Shown here piece by piece: positions 50,057 through 63,140 of a stretch of 64,000 nucleotides of DNA. The notes below the pieces were generated by a model. That model was not told the origin of the DNA. It searched no databases and saw only the letters and a program-made list of their open reading frames with translations. Made by a program: the position numbers and the translations under genes. The DNA comes from Epiperipatus broadwayi (lineage: Eukaryota; Animalia; Onychophora), in NCBI GenBank assembly GCA_028023455.1, contig JAQFVV010000008.1:1922001-1986000 (forward strand). The letters run 5' to 3'. Position 1 is the stretch's first letter, and each line of letters begins with the position of its first letter.

Positions 50057-51163
50057 TGTCTTACGATCCGTGATGATTTTTCTATCATGACGTCATTCAA
50101 GGAATGACTGCGGAACTAGACTATTATTGTCTGCGGTATGAATGGTAACCGTAACTAGTAAACAAATACTATTTTGATAGCGCTAATTCTTAAAAATGAT
50201 AACAAGTTTTTGGCTGGTTTGTTATTCTAGAGACTAAAACACTACATTTATCATCAAAAGGGTAGATAAATATTTTATTTTATTAAATCATGTATCGTGT
50301 GTTCACATACGACTTCCTTGACTTAAATAATATCCAAATTTCTCTCTTTTTTAGAACTATCTGTATAAATAAAAAATCTTATAAAAGATGTTACTAATAA
50401 ACTAAGCATATCCAATTAATCATTTTCTCCTAATCCCTATTTAAATCTAATATCTTAAATTTCCAATGACTTGAAACAATTTAACAACAGAATAGCAAAA
50501 AATGATCGTCTTTTCTATTAAAAGCGTCTCCAGCTACAAAATATAGCTGCAAGTACAGCATACCAAAGAAATGATAGATGAGATTGTGCTACAATAATAA
50601 TAAGCAATTCAAATGTATAACTATCACGAATCTCCAAAGTTAACATCAAGCTCCCAACAAATGCCTCTAAAGTAAATAAAATGGATTACTTTTTCTAATG
50701 TTTAGTTGTCTAACTTAACTTTAAATATTTTATACTATAGTCATTAATTTTCTCCTAGCACACTTTTCAATTGTAAATGTCTTGCTGTTTTATTAGAATA
50801 TTTTCAAACCAAGTATCAAAATCGCCCGGGGATGAGATGTCCCAAAGAAGCTTTAATAATGATTTTTTAAAAAATCTGTCATTATTCACATTAGCACTAC
50901 GAAAAAAAAAAACAGTATAGACTAAACATATTTTGAATTTCTAATTACATAATAGCATAAATAAAATAAAATTAAAAGCGTGTGAAGCGCTTGAAAGAGA
51001 AGCTATAAAGAGTACAAAAATATTAAACGCTTAGCGCTTTCGAGGCGGGTTGCCTCATATTCATAGCAATACTGAACAGTGCATAAACAAAACAAAAAAA
51101 AAACATGTATTATGGGATCAATAGTTTCACGTATCATACATTTAAATTATTTTTGAAACTTAC

Positions 51164-51199
51164 TAGGTTTGAAGATAGAATATTCGCAACAAGCGCCAT
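51164..51199 (-). CDS. Probable first coding exon of an unidentified gene (MALVANILSSNL|)
   Basis: AAAATGGCG (YY1 motif over the start codon), 12 open codons, strong donor CTA|GTAAGT. Confidence 0.55.
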
Positions 51200-51652
51200 T
51201 TTATTTTTATTATTGTCTCTACGCCACCTATTGAAAGTTAAAGTTAAATTAAATTCAAAAATTTTCCATTAGATGTCGTTACACTTCGAATACATTTACT
51301 TGAAGTAAAAAAAGATCTTCTAAAAGTTGAATTGTTGAAGCAAACTATAACATATTTTTAATTCATTGAATAATAAAAAAAAAATTTGCCGGCGTAATTA
51401 CGAAACTGTGTCTATTTTTTAAATATTTCTGTTTTTATAGCACACTGCAAGATTTATAAAATCACGTGATTTAGTTATTATGAGTATAGCCCTTTCTATC
51501 AAGTTATTTAAATATAAACATTTTTCTAACTTTTTACAAATTATTAAGATAATTGGAAGAATTATTGTCAACGTAGTGCATCACTTTCGTTTCCCAAATT
51601 TCACCTGGGATTTAAAAAATATAAAAGTTCACGTTAACAGTTAACGTGCAAT
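51200..51652. promoter_or_regulatory. Putative bidirectional promoter
   Basis: CpG-retaining segment with E-box ATCACGTGAT between divergent start codons 453 bp apart. Confidence 0.55.
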
Positions 51653-53218
51653 ATGAAAATGTCTAGATCCATTGAGGATATAAATAAAGCAGTTGATAAT
51701 TTAAATTTACGAATTAATTTTTGGATTAAGAATATTTTATATAATGAAGATATTAACATCGAAAATGAATTAAAAATTTTAAATTATATTCCGGAATTAG
51801 AAAAATTACTTCCCGATTTACTTGAAATATTAAATGAGTATGGGGAGATCGATCGCGTTACTGAAGATTTACCAAATGTTGGAGAATTCTTGAATCGTCT
51901 AACTTCTTGCCATCTTATTTTACTCCATAGGGTATCATTTCAGTATGTGTGTCAATGTATCTCATGGTTTTATAATTTTCAACCGACAAATCTTATACAG
52001 ATTAAATCCAGAACTTGGGCTGTGGCCCAAATGAGAAATATTCTTAAATATACCGACAGTAATTTGTTTGATGGAACAAATAATAAGTGGAATTATGTGT
52101 TATCAGATATTAACTTGTTGTCTATTAAAGAAATTAAAAATTTCTATATTACTCAGTTGAACTCACTTAAAGAAACAGATTTTAATAATGATATAGTGTC
52201 TTATTTATGCTTGCTGGTTTTCATCAGTTCACATATTCCAGATGCGGTTGAATTAGGAGAAACATGTATATGTAAACTGACAGAAGCTCCTGAAAAATTT
52301 CAGTCATATATTTGCACTTTATTACAACAGCTACTGAGTTACCTAAAGCATAATGAAGATCCATCAATTGAATTTTTAATAAATCAGATGAAAATATTTT
52401 TATGGCAAAATACTTTTCTTGAAGAGGAAGTGTTGAAATTAATTGAAACTGTTATTTCTAATCCATTAGGAATTTGTTACCAGACCTTACATTCATCAAA
52501 TTTAATAAAAATTTGTGTAACTACCCCCAAATTTTATACCACAATTAATTCTATGTTATTTAGTTTTTATGAATTATGTGGTTATAGCCCTCGAATATGT
52601 TCCTTGATAATAGCATTCAGTAATATTTGTCAAAAGTTATTTATTGAAAAAGATTTTGATATTTTAAAATTGTATGACCCTGTACTATGGCCTTTGATAA
52701 ATTTACTTCTAGTATGTCCTATTTCTCTTGAAATTGAAGATTGCCATTTGCATCTAGAGAATATTAAATCTTGTTTGGATAATCTCCAAAAATTCAAAGA
52801 ACTTTATTCTGTAATATGTTCTCTGTGGTTGCAATTTGGATCATGGCATTGGATGCTTATTGATGTAATTTTTAATGGAAAGGAACATTGGTTAGAAAAT
52901 ATGTTTGCTATCTTAGAATGGTTGTATAATGATTCCTTAAAAGATCTTCAGCATTTGATTCTGGCTTTCAGAAAAAACTTAAAACATTTGGATTCTTTAA
53001 TTTTAGAATTGGATCGGCTTGATATGAATAATAAAGTGAAATTATTATTTCATCACTGTCTATGTATATATTATATTTTAAAAGGGAATATAAAGGCAAT
53101 GAAGGGAAAAATTACTGATCTTACTCAATATATTAAATGCTACTATGAAGATATTCAGTATTTTCCATCTGTATGTAATGTAAAACAAATGGAAATTGAA
53201 GATGTAAAATTTTTATAG
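51653..53218 (+). CDS. FANCC: Fanconi anemia group C protein-like, single exon, 521 aa
   Basis: Colinear matches to human FANCC as recalled from memory: INFWIK~YQFWMQ, EDLPNVGEFLNRL~ERFPTIGQLLAKA, KSRTWAVAQMRNIL~KLNSWIQGVLSHIL, HSSNL..PKFYTTINSML~KDSSL..PAIFRVVDEMF, LWLQFGSWHWML~LFIHFGGWAEMV. Uninterrupted ORF followed by AATAAA. Not database-verified. Confidence 0.78.
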   Translation: MKMSRSIEDINKAVDNLNLRINFWIKNILYNEDINIENELKILNYIPELEKLLPDLLEILNEYGEIDRVTEDLPNVGEFLNRLTSCHLILLHRVSFQYVCQCISWFYNFQPTNLIQIKSRTWAVAQMRNILKYTDSNLFDGTNNKWNYVLSDINLLSIKEIKNFYITQLNSLKETDFNNDIVSYLCLLVFISSHIPDAVELGETCICKLTEAPEKFQSYICTLLQQLLSYLKHNEDPSIEFLINQMKIFLWQNTFLEEEVLKLIETVISNPLGICYQTLHSSNLIKICVTTPKFYTTINSMLFSFYELCGYSPRICSLIIAFSNICQKLFIEKDFDILKLYDPVLWPLINLLLVCPISLEIEDCHLHLENIKSCLDNLQKFKELYSVICSLWLQFGSWHWMLIDVIFNGKEHWLENMFAILEWLYNDSLKDLQHLILAFRKNLKHLDSLILELDRLDMNNKVKLLFHHCLCIYYILKGNIKAMKGKITDLTQYIKCYYEDIQYFPSVCNVKQMEIEDVKFL

Positions 53219-53739
53219 ATTTTATTATTTTTAAATTATTAAAGCCACTGTTATGTTTTTTATTTAATAAAAGTATTTTTTGCATATATACAATACAGTA
53301 TTGATAATTATATATTGGATTATTTCCATTATCTAGTTAAATTTAATATTTATTTAAACGTTTCAAATACATTCAATTGTTATTAATAACTTGCAGGTTA
53401 GTATATAAAATATTATTTTGAATAGGATTTATTTTTCTCTTCAGATATTAGTAGCCTGACCATAATAATACTAGCAAGGGAATTAAAACAATTCATTTTT
53501 AGATTTGTGAGTACTGAATTTAAGATAATGTTCTAACTAACTAGGCTATTCTGTCAAAAGTAATATCACTTGAAACATTATGATCTGGAATTTGGTTTTT
53601 CATCAAATTATTTTATTTATTTATTTAATTTGGGAAATTTTTTTTTTTTTTTGTTTCATATTAAATTAGGAATAATAATGCCTTGATAATATATAAAAAG
53701 TTTTTAGTATTTATTTGACAAAAAAAATAGATCTTTTTT

Positions 53740-53852
53740 TCAAGTTTTTTTGGTTTTAGTTTTAATTTTCAAATATTCATAAGGTAGTTTACGATTAGGT
53801 GTACTGTGGCCGCTAGGTGATGCTGCAGTAACATCAAGAACACCTAAGAAAC
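53740..53852 (-). CDS. Candidate terminal exon of a convergent minus-strand gene (GFLGVLDVTAASPSGHSTPNRKLPYEYL...)
   Basis: Acceptor tttatcacttgcag|G, GC-richer coding-like composition, and a stop codon. Product not recognised. Confidence 0.3.
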
Positions 53853-53864
53853 CTGCAAGTGATA

Positions 53865-54350
53865 AATTTCTATCCAAAAATCGCTGAAATCGACAAATTA
53901 AAATGCCTAAGGCAAAGTAAATTGAACAAATCCTAAAATACAAATAAAATAAAAAAACGCTATAAAATTTGAATTACAAAAACAAATCGGTGAAAATATA
54001 TCAAACAAAATACCCCCCTTTCCAGAATGAAGAATTCTATCCAAAAATCGCTGAAATCCACAAATTCAAATGCCTAAGGCAAAGTAAATTGAACAAGTTC
54101 TAAAATACAAATTAAAAAAAAAATTGGAAGAAAACGCTCTAAAATTCAAATTACAAAAACAGAAATTGTGTCAAACGGAACACCCCTCTCCCAGAATGAA
54201 GAATTCTATCCAAAAATCGCTGAAATCGACAAATTAAAACACCTAAGGCAAAGTAAGTCGAACAAATTCTTCTAAAATACAAATTAAAAAAAATTGGAAG
54301 AAAACGCTATAAAATTCGAATTACAAAACCCAAAAACTATAATACTAAAT
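53865..54350. repeat. ~165-170-bp tandem repeat (about 3 units), with a partial copy at ~54940-55050
   Basis: TTCTATCCAAAAATCGCTGAAATC..CCTAAGGCAAAGTAA..AAACGCT(A/C)TAAAATT recurs. Confidence 0.85.
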
Positions 54351-55237
54351 GTCAAAAAAATTAACGAAACTTCATTAATGGTGGGAATGCATAACATTTT
54401 AAAAAAAAATTCCTATGACTTTCAGAACTATTACGTGGCGTGTAATAATTCACAACCTTAATAACGGATTAATACTTATTAAGTAATTAAACATAGATAA
54501 CAACGAGCTCATAGCTATTTAAAAAATGAAAGCTATAAATTACAAAAACAGAATTTGGTCTAATATATAAGACATACCCCCCCCCCACATGATCAAAAAT
54601 AAGTACTTTTCAAAAATATATTAAATTTCATCAATATTTAAAAAATAAAAGACTTCCAATATTTGCAAATATGCCTGGGCGATCAGATTTCAAAGCAGCG
54701 ATTTATATAAGCTAAAAAGCAATAAGAACATTACACTGGAGAGCTTCTAATTGTCTTTCCCAAAAAATTATCAAATTAATTATTCTCTGCTTTGAAATTA
54801 TGGCATATCATTTAGATATTATAAGTTTTTAAACTAGATTTATAGAGATCAGTAGTAAAAAAATAATATTACCAATTTTCTTCCAGGCATTTGTAGTACA
54901 CACTTGATGTTTGCAGCATAAAAATACATTAAAAACAAATCCTTCTAAAATACAAATTAAAAAAAAAAATCTGAAGAAAACGCTATAAAATTTGAATTAC
55001 AAAAACTATAATACTAAATGTCAAAAAATTAATAAAGCTCCATTAATGGCGGATGGTGCTTCATTAACTTTACAACAGGTTGAACCAAATTATTTTGTCT
55101 TTTAAGCTAATTTGCCCCTAGTGAATTTTTTTTAAAGTATTTTACGTTAAAATGCATGTAAAACGGTTTATTTTAGTATAATTTTTTTCTGAAAATTCTG
55201 TGCTAAAAGGCAGGAAATTCAAAATTCCCACTCTTAC

Positions 55238-55288
55238 AATAGATATAAGCTCCGCTCTGACATGTTCAGCCAATGTCTTTTGCCAGGG
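55238..55288 (-). CDS. Candidate 51-nt phase 0-0 exon (PWQKTLAEHVRAELISI)
   Basis: ttttatag| acceptor, |gtaaga donor, open frame. Protein not recognised. Confidence 0.35.
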
Positions 55289-58200
55289 CTATAAAATGTT
55301 CAGCATTTTACGACATTGTAGTTTCCAGTGATGCAAAAACATGTTTATTTGCAAATTTAGCATGGTTTTAAATATTTTTTAAAAAATAATTTGCACTATA
55401 TTTATTAGATATCAAGAAATATAAATTATTAATAACTTATTTTGACTTGAAATACTTTATTTGCTAAAATATAATGTTATATTAGCAGCTAACATAAATA
55501 TGGCCTCAAGCAAATTAAAAAATTCTAGCTTTGACAGTAAACAATACGCTATATTTACAGTAAGAAAATATCATAATTTAGCAATAAATGTTCAAAAAAT
55601 TTAAACTTTTAAAGCATAATTCGTTAGATGTAAGAGAAATAAATAAATATTCGTTCACGTTTTTAAAAATAATGAGAAACAAGAAATATTTCATTGATTT
55701 TATAAACTGAAAATAATCTTTCTAGAAACGATGACATGTAAAGCCTTTGTTTTGATTACATCCTCATTTTTTTAATATTTACAGAAACAAAATGTGAACA
55801 TTTAAAATATATTTTCAGTAGTAGACAAAAATATCTATCAAATGAAATCAAATTTATTATTTTCTGTAAAGAAATAATCATTTTATCATATATTTTACGT
55901 TGATGTGTGAGACAAAGAAAAACATCATAAATGCTGAAATGTAAGAGGCGTGTTGCTGCAATTTGGAACAGTTGATGGTGGGAATGTCTTAGATAATTAA
56001 ATTTATTCATTTTCTCTCTTGGTTATTCTCATATAATCCTTTCAACATATTATTCATAATTTCTTGATTTCTAAATATACAATTCATTTTCCAATTCATA
56101 TTTTTCTTAATTATTTCTCAAAATTTGCTCTATATTTTGAATCATTAAAAAAAAAAAATTTGGTTACTGTTTCAGATTTAATTTGCAAACAGCTGTACAC
56201 AGTTATATATAACATATATTTACAAAAAAAAAAATTAGTATTTATGTTCATATAAATGCGAAATAAGAAAAGTAGTCATATTAATTTATTTTATTCGCTG
56301 AGTTTGCTTTCGAGTTGAGCACTATGAATATGACTGATTAAGTTGAAAGCATATTCATCGAATAATATAAATTAATATAACCATATGCTTATTATGTGAA
56401 CATAAATATTACAGTTAGCACAGGAAAAGAGTTAATTTTTAGAATTAAAAAAAAAACCGGTAATAATACTGCAATTATTATATGAAATTTTTTAAAAATT
56501 AAAGCTTATCTATAATTAAGTAAAGGATTGATACAATATTTTTTTATAATTAATCTTTAAAACAAATCTAAAGTAAAAGTTGAAAAATTAAATTTCGAGA
56601 CTGCACAAATTAGTGCAGTTGTTAAATTAGTGGATTGGAGAGATTTTAAATCAATTCCTTGTTGGAAAAAATAACTCCATGAGATTACTTATCACTTTGG
56701 TAATGGAATTTTATTAAATTTCCTGAGCATTTGATCAATTTTTTTTTTTTTTAAATTGATACCAATCTAATATTTCTTCATTTGCAATTAGTTTAAAAAA
56801 AAAAAATTATTTTAAAAAAGTTAATAAATAATTTAGATATATTACACATATGGATTTAAACATAATGAATAAAAATAATCACAGAATTAAACTTGGATGT
56901 AAGATGATTGAAAAGACAAAAAAAGGTTTTCAAATAAATCATTTATGCCAATACAGTATTTTCTTTTATATCTATAACATAGATTACACATTCTACAAGA
57001 ATCTCTCTAAATAGAATTTAAATATGCCCTAAATACTTTATAGAGGAGTAATCCAAATTGTAAGTGCATTTGATTACTGAAAGGCATCAATTAAAAAATA
57101 AAAAAATCATGCATGTTAATGAGATAAAGAAAATTCAAATTAAATATTTTTCCATTAAAAAAATTTAATATAGTTTTATTGTGGAACAAATTCAATTTAA
57201 TTATCAAATAAATAATTGCACACAAATTATCATGACTAATTATATAACATAAATAGTAGTAATTAAAATTTTTATTTAATTACATTTTTTTTACTCAAGT
57301 ATTTAAAAAAAAAAAACAACCTATGCAGTAACAAATAAATAATAAACTTCAATTGTTACTCAAATATTAGTAATAGATATTGTACCCTGCCAATAGAGAG
57401 GAAGAACCCTAGAAGGTATGGCAAGTCCCTAGCTTTAGGCTCTACTAGGACTCTGTCTAGTAACATTTAATAGACTTACATTTGTGAACCATATTTAATC
57501 AATTATAACATTTGTGATTAGGTAATACAGTTATTCTATCTGGGTCCATTTAACCCTTAAATATTTCTAAATAAGGTATAACTAGCTATAACAATTGTGA
57601 GACTCATCCTATTAACAGATTACATCCCCTTAATATTAAACAAATACAAAAGTATTTATCCAATGGCATGAGAATATCTAGACACTCCCCCTCATTCAGT
57701 ATCTACATACTCTCATGATTAAATGAATATAACAAAACATCTATAATTATTGACTTTCAATTAACTATTAAAGACCTTGTACTATTATGTTATTGTATGT
57801 TGAATGTGTTTTTCTATTGGATTGTAATTAGCAATAATCCTAATAATAATTTTAAACTAAGATCTCAGGATAATCATTGGTTTTAATTAATTCTTCATAC
57901 TACCTACGAAATATCAAGAGGGATTTTACTGAACTTTATGGGTAGTGCATCAATCAATAAAAGACTTATAACCTGAATTTATAATCAAAATTATACTACT
58001 ATTTTATATTTATATTTCCTAATATTTACTATTAAACGAATATTGTTATTTAAATTGTAGTTAGATTTGATACTTTCAATAATAAATAATTCATATTTCA
58101 ATTCCTCATAAATAAGCATACTTTAATAATGTATAATATTATCAATGACTTATATGATCAAGGCAGATTACAGTAAGTTAAAATCTCTTTTAAGAAGTAT

Positions 58201-59373
58201 GTTCTGAACTAATGGTTATATTAGTCTATGCTGGATTCATTTCTTATTGCAATCTCAAGCGGTACACTTTGAGTTCATGTGATGCAGTGACAATGACTCT
58301 CACAAAAGAAATGCAACATTTAATACTTAAGTAACTGTCAAAACAACAACTTTAATCTTATTATTTACAAAATATAATAAACAATTTGAAATAATAATAG
58401 TAATGAGGTTATATACCCGCATAATGTAGTAACATAAACAATTACAAACTAATTAATAATTTGGTTATTTACATTAAACAAAAAATAATAATACTTTTCC
58501 CTAGAATAGGGTGCTATTGTGATATTTATCTTTGTTCTAGATATCATAATTCATGTATTTCCCTTAGATAATCATTTCTTCTTTGTTTCTTTCCCTTTAC
58601 AGTTATTAACCTCTTATAAGTCAGATTTTCAATTATAAAGACAAAATGGAAAATTAATTATTATATTCTGGCTTTGATACAATACTCATTATAATATGAT
58701 GAAATGTCACCTTTTGTTTTTTTCTTTTTTTTAGATTCCATGATATTCATCCTTTGATTTTTATTTATTTCTTTTTTTTCAAAAAATATTATTATAATAA
58801 CTATAAAATCATTAATTAGTTTTCGATCTCAAACTCCATCTTTCTATAATTTTATTCTCAACCTATATACTAAATTCAACCAATTAGAGTTTTATGCTGT
58901 GGATTGTTAAGTCTGAACCTTTATATCTTTCTACAATAATTTTCATCCACAATTTACGAGTTCCATCTAAATGTTAATAGACCATCCTTTGGTGTATTTT
59001 AAATACAAAACTTACCTTTGCTTTAGCCAACAACTTAATTATTACCTTCATATTTCTAATTTATATATATATTTAAGTGCATAATTTTATTTATCCAAAA
59101 AGAGAAAAATACTTTTATTATGTACATTTTTTTTTTTTTTAAATTACCTTTATGTCTATATAATATTCAACAAAATTTACAATGTTTTTAAACTAAGGAA
59201 GCTATAGTGAACTGTATAATATTCATTCTGAAACTTCCATCAATTTCTTTTTTTTAAAGAACTCTTTCAATGATCAAAATATGAGAATTGTATAATAAAA
59301 CAAATAATTCTGTAAAACCATTTTTTAAAAAATATTAAATTTGGAATTAAAACTAATGAGATAAAAAATATAT

Positions 59374-59959
59374 TTAGTCGTCATCATCTTCCTCCTCCTC
59401 TTCATCTTCCTCTTCAACTTCCTCTTCTTCACCTTCTTCTTCTTCAGACTCTTCTCTTTTCACTTTCTTATGTGACTTTTCACTGCCAGATGGACCTTGC
59501 TTTGCATCTTTAAACGCTCTTGCTTCTTTTTCGTAACGTTGCTTATCCTTAGCAGCCATTGATTCATATTTTGATTTAACTTCTTTTGAAACATCTCTCC
59601 ACTGCTTTCCCAACTCTTTAGAAATATCACCAACTGTGAAATTAGGATACTCAGCTCTCACTTTAGGGCGTTCGTCATGACAAAAATAAAAAAAATGCTG
59701 TGACAGCATGCCTAGGAGCTCCTGTATCTTTCTTTTTACGTTTCTTACCTAAGTCTATAGGATCAAAATTAGCTACTTCACTTTCATATCGAACTTTGTC
59801 AGTCATAGTTTTCCATCGTTCTGCACATTTTTTAGAGAATTCTGCAAAAATAATCTTTTCATTAGGATGTTTGACTTCGTGTTCTTCTCTGCAAGCTTGA
59901 ACAAAAAAAGCATATGATGTCATCTCCCCTCTAGTCTTACTACTATTTTTCTTCCCCAT
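59374..59959 (-). pseudogene. HMGB/DSP1-like processed copy with in-frame deletion and +1 frameshift
   Basis: Two HMG boxes plus acidic tail, no introns. About 13 aa missing at MTDK^VRYE. One extra T in the T-runs at 59682-59695 splits the two ORFs. Confidence 0.85.
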
Positions 59960-60599
59960 GATATGTATCGAAACTTCGACAACACAAAATGATAAGAGTT
60001 CTTATAGGAAAAAAACTTTTTGAAGATAAATTTATATTTGTTTACTGTCTTTCTTATGACTATTTTCTTATACAAATTTCAAAATAAAATTACTTATAAT
60101 TTCGTATAACTATATTAAATTGTTCTTTGTAAAATATAAGATCAAATTTAAAATATCATCGTTTCTTATTTTTAATATTATATGTTTAAACACAAACCTT
60201 TTCCTTATTCTATTTTTATGATATATTTTGTTAACTATAACATCAATCATGTTTATTTATTTTAATTCTCTAACAATATTTGTTAACAAAAAAAACATAC
60301 TTTTTAAAATAATTAATGACCTAAATAATGAAATTAAATTCATTATTAATCCCATTATCTACGGGTCTACTCCCCCCCCCCCCCCATTGTAATAACAACT
60401 ATGCTTAACATAAGTATTTTTTTAACAACTATGCTTAACATAAGTATTTTTTTTTCTAAAATACATATTCCTAAAAACAAAACTTGAACTTTTACTCCCT
60501 TTTGTTCTCTTCAGAAGATTATTACAGTTATAAAATTTATAAGGCATTATGATTGACAATGTAGCAATTCTTTTTTCTTTCTTTTCTTTAGTAATTAAA

Positions 60600-61760
60600 G
60601 ATGATCTGTGGCTTGACTTATCCCTTCGGTTTAAAATGCTCTCTGCATTAGTAATAATTTAGCATTCGACTGATTCCTTGCAAAATTTTGGCTAATATTA
60701 TTATTAAGAAAAGCATTCCCATTTTTTCATAATAATATCTTCCACACACCTTTTGTACTTCTCAATGTATCAATGTTTATTCCATCTTTCCTTTAACAAT
60801 TGATTCTCCATATAGATTTATCTTTTATTAAATATTTTTTAAGATGGTTTTACTTTTGTACATTTTCTCCATTCCAGATGATAGATACTTTCATCTATGC
60901 TAGCAGACCGCTATTGTTCTGTACATGTATGCTTATAATTTTCATCTAACACATATATCACTCAGTATAATTTTCTTTTCAAACTCTACATAAAAGTGAT
61001 ATTCAAATTAGTACTGTTCTGTGTTAATTATTTCTCCAGTCAAAACTTCATTCAATCAGGCATTTAGATTTATCTTTAATTACAATATATACTTTTCCAT
61101 TCACACTCCGTTTTATTCTTAGCTATTACTAATTTAATTGTATAAATTTTTTAAAATGCATACTTAGCTCTGCCAAAGAAATTTACATTTTTTTTTATTT
61201 GTCCTTAGCTGATAATTTAACCATGTTCCCTTATTTTGATGAATCTGAAGCATGATTACTTCATTTAGTTTATCTATTAAATCCAATCTAAATACAGCAC
61301 TACCAAAGTTTTTCTCCAGTGAGTATATTCCACTATAACACTTTGGTATGCATGTAGGATTCATTTTATATTATTTTCTCAATATAATGATTTCAAGAGA
61401 TTTTCAAGAACCATTAATTGCTGATTTGCCTGTAGAGATCAATTCAAATTATCTGATCATTTTAACAACAAATTTACAATATATATCCTTTAATTCATCA
61501 CAGAGTTAAAATCCATTATTTTTATTGTTGAAAATAATACTATTTCAGGACTTTTGAGCAAACTTTTAAGATAATAAAAATCAAAATTAGTTACTTGTCT
61601 TTATGATCTGCTCTCCTCAATTCATTCTCCCTCCAATTTTATTGAAACAATTGTCGGCGTACAGTTTATTGGTTAATTCTCCCTTTTTGCTTTCAAAACA
61701 TTTACTTAGTTGCAAGTTTTTGATTTATTTTTAAAATGAAAATTTTCCGTTTTGAAATAT
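60600..61760 (-). mobile_element. Very decayed LINE RT remnant
   Basis: Faint KG..P.N..P.IVS-like RT motif near 61650-61690. No ORF. Confidence 0.35.
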
Positions 61761-63140
61761 TTTTCAATAAAGATAATATTTTTTGGGAACTGAATAAAAT
61801 ACAATTTACTTTTTTGATTTAGATCATTTTGGTTTTATTTTTATATAAATAAATTCAATATTACTTTTTATGATTTTTAATCATGAAATTTGTGGAATAA
61901 ATTTTAATTATTCATTTTTAAACATGATTTAATATTTAACTAGAAACAAGAATTGCTTTTTATAATATTAAATGCGCACAGACAATCATTATCTATCTAC
62001 ATAATGCATATTTGTTTAGAAGATTAAATTTGAACATTACTATATTTTTAAATGACATCAACTGTTTACTTATTTGTAGCTATAATAAATTTATAATCTT
62101 TTATATACATTTGTAACCAACTAGTTTACCCAGCATTTATATCTATTATATAACTTGAAATTGACTAAACCTGAGTTCAAACCTTATGATAACTAAAATG
62201 ACAATTACTTGTTCCTAGTAAGTACCTATCTTTTTGATTTAATAAAATTTAAAATTATATATATAATTTTTATTTCCAATTTTTTATGATGGGATGTACC
62301 AATAAAAAGTGTACAATATATACAATATAAATGTAAAGATAAATAATATTTCATTATTGAATATATATGAAATTTGATGTTTGATATAGAATAGAAATTA
62401 AGAGATATCCATGTAAACAGAGATAACTTTAGCTTATGGTGTTGCCAGGAAACCATCAATTACTACTAATTGACAATCTTCCTAAGGCTAATCAAGTTTG
62501 CTCCATTATCCATTAACCTATAATAGCTCTTTTGTTGGGGATTTTAATTTATTTTTGGTAATAAATAATTGCACAGTCTAATATTTAATTTATTTAGTTT
62601 GATAAAGAATAGGTGATAGCCTCACATTATTAATGGATATATGGATATAGAGTAAAAAATGAATATATATTTTCATTTTTTATTTCTGTGGTATTTATGA
62701 AAAATGTTTTAAAATGTCACTTTTAAAAATCATTTATCGAAATTCACAGTTTGTGTATAAATATAAAATTAATAATTTTAAAAATACTTACATTATAACA
62801 CTTTCTCAGCTTTATTGTTTTTATAATATGTTAAACATTATAACAATATATATTTTTTATTTTTGCATTATAAAAACTGAACTACTGTTAAAATTGTACT
62901 TGAAGTAAAAAAAAAAAAATTGCAAAATAGTGGCATACTTAATTTAAATATTGCCGCATTATTGCAAATTGCCATTTAGCAAGAAACCATTATTGCAAGA
63001 TGCTATATTGTATGAAGTTAAATTGTTATTAAAAGTGTAGCAAATTTTGAAAATACTATATTAAAAATATATATATATTTATTTACGTAAATCATTAATA
63101 AAGGAAAATAATATTTGTCTAAATCGCATGTTATTATTAA

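Larger units (their letters stand above)
45739..50246 (+). mobile_element. Young, near-intact Ty3/gypsy (Mag-like) LTR retrotransposon
   Basis: TG..CA LTRs at 45739-45937 and 50052-50246, identical by eye except a 4-bp indel. 5-bp TSD TTTAT. PBS and PPT (AAGGGGGAAGGAG) present, with gag-pol between. Confidence 0.97.

Noticed and set aside
53865-54350. Tandem repeats as a CRISPR array
   Set aside because: Eukaryotic context, contiguous units with no unique spacers, and no cas genes.
53740-56010. AOPEP as FANCC's convergent neighbour (human-like synteny)
   Set aside because: The candidate peptides do not convincingly match recalled AOPEP C-terminal motifs.
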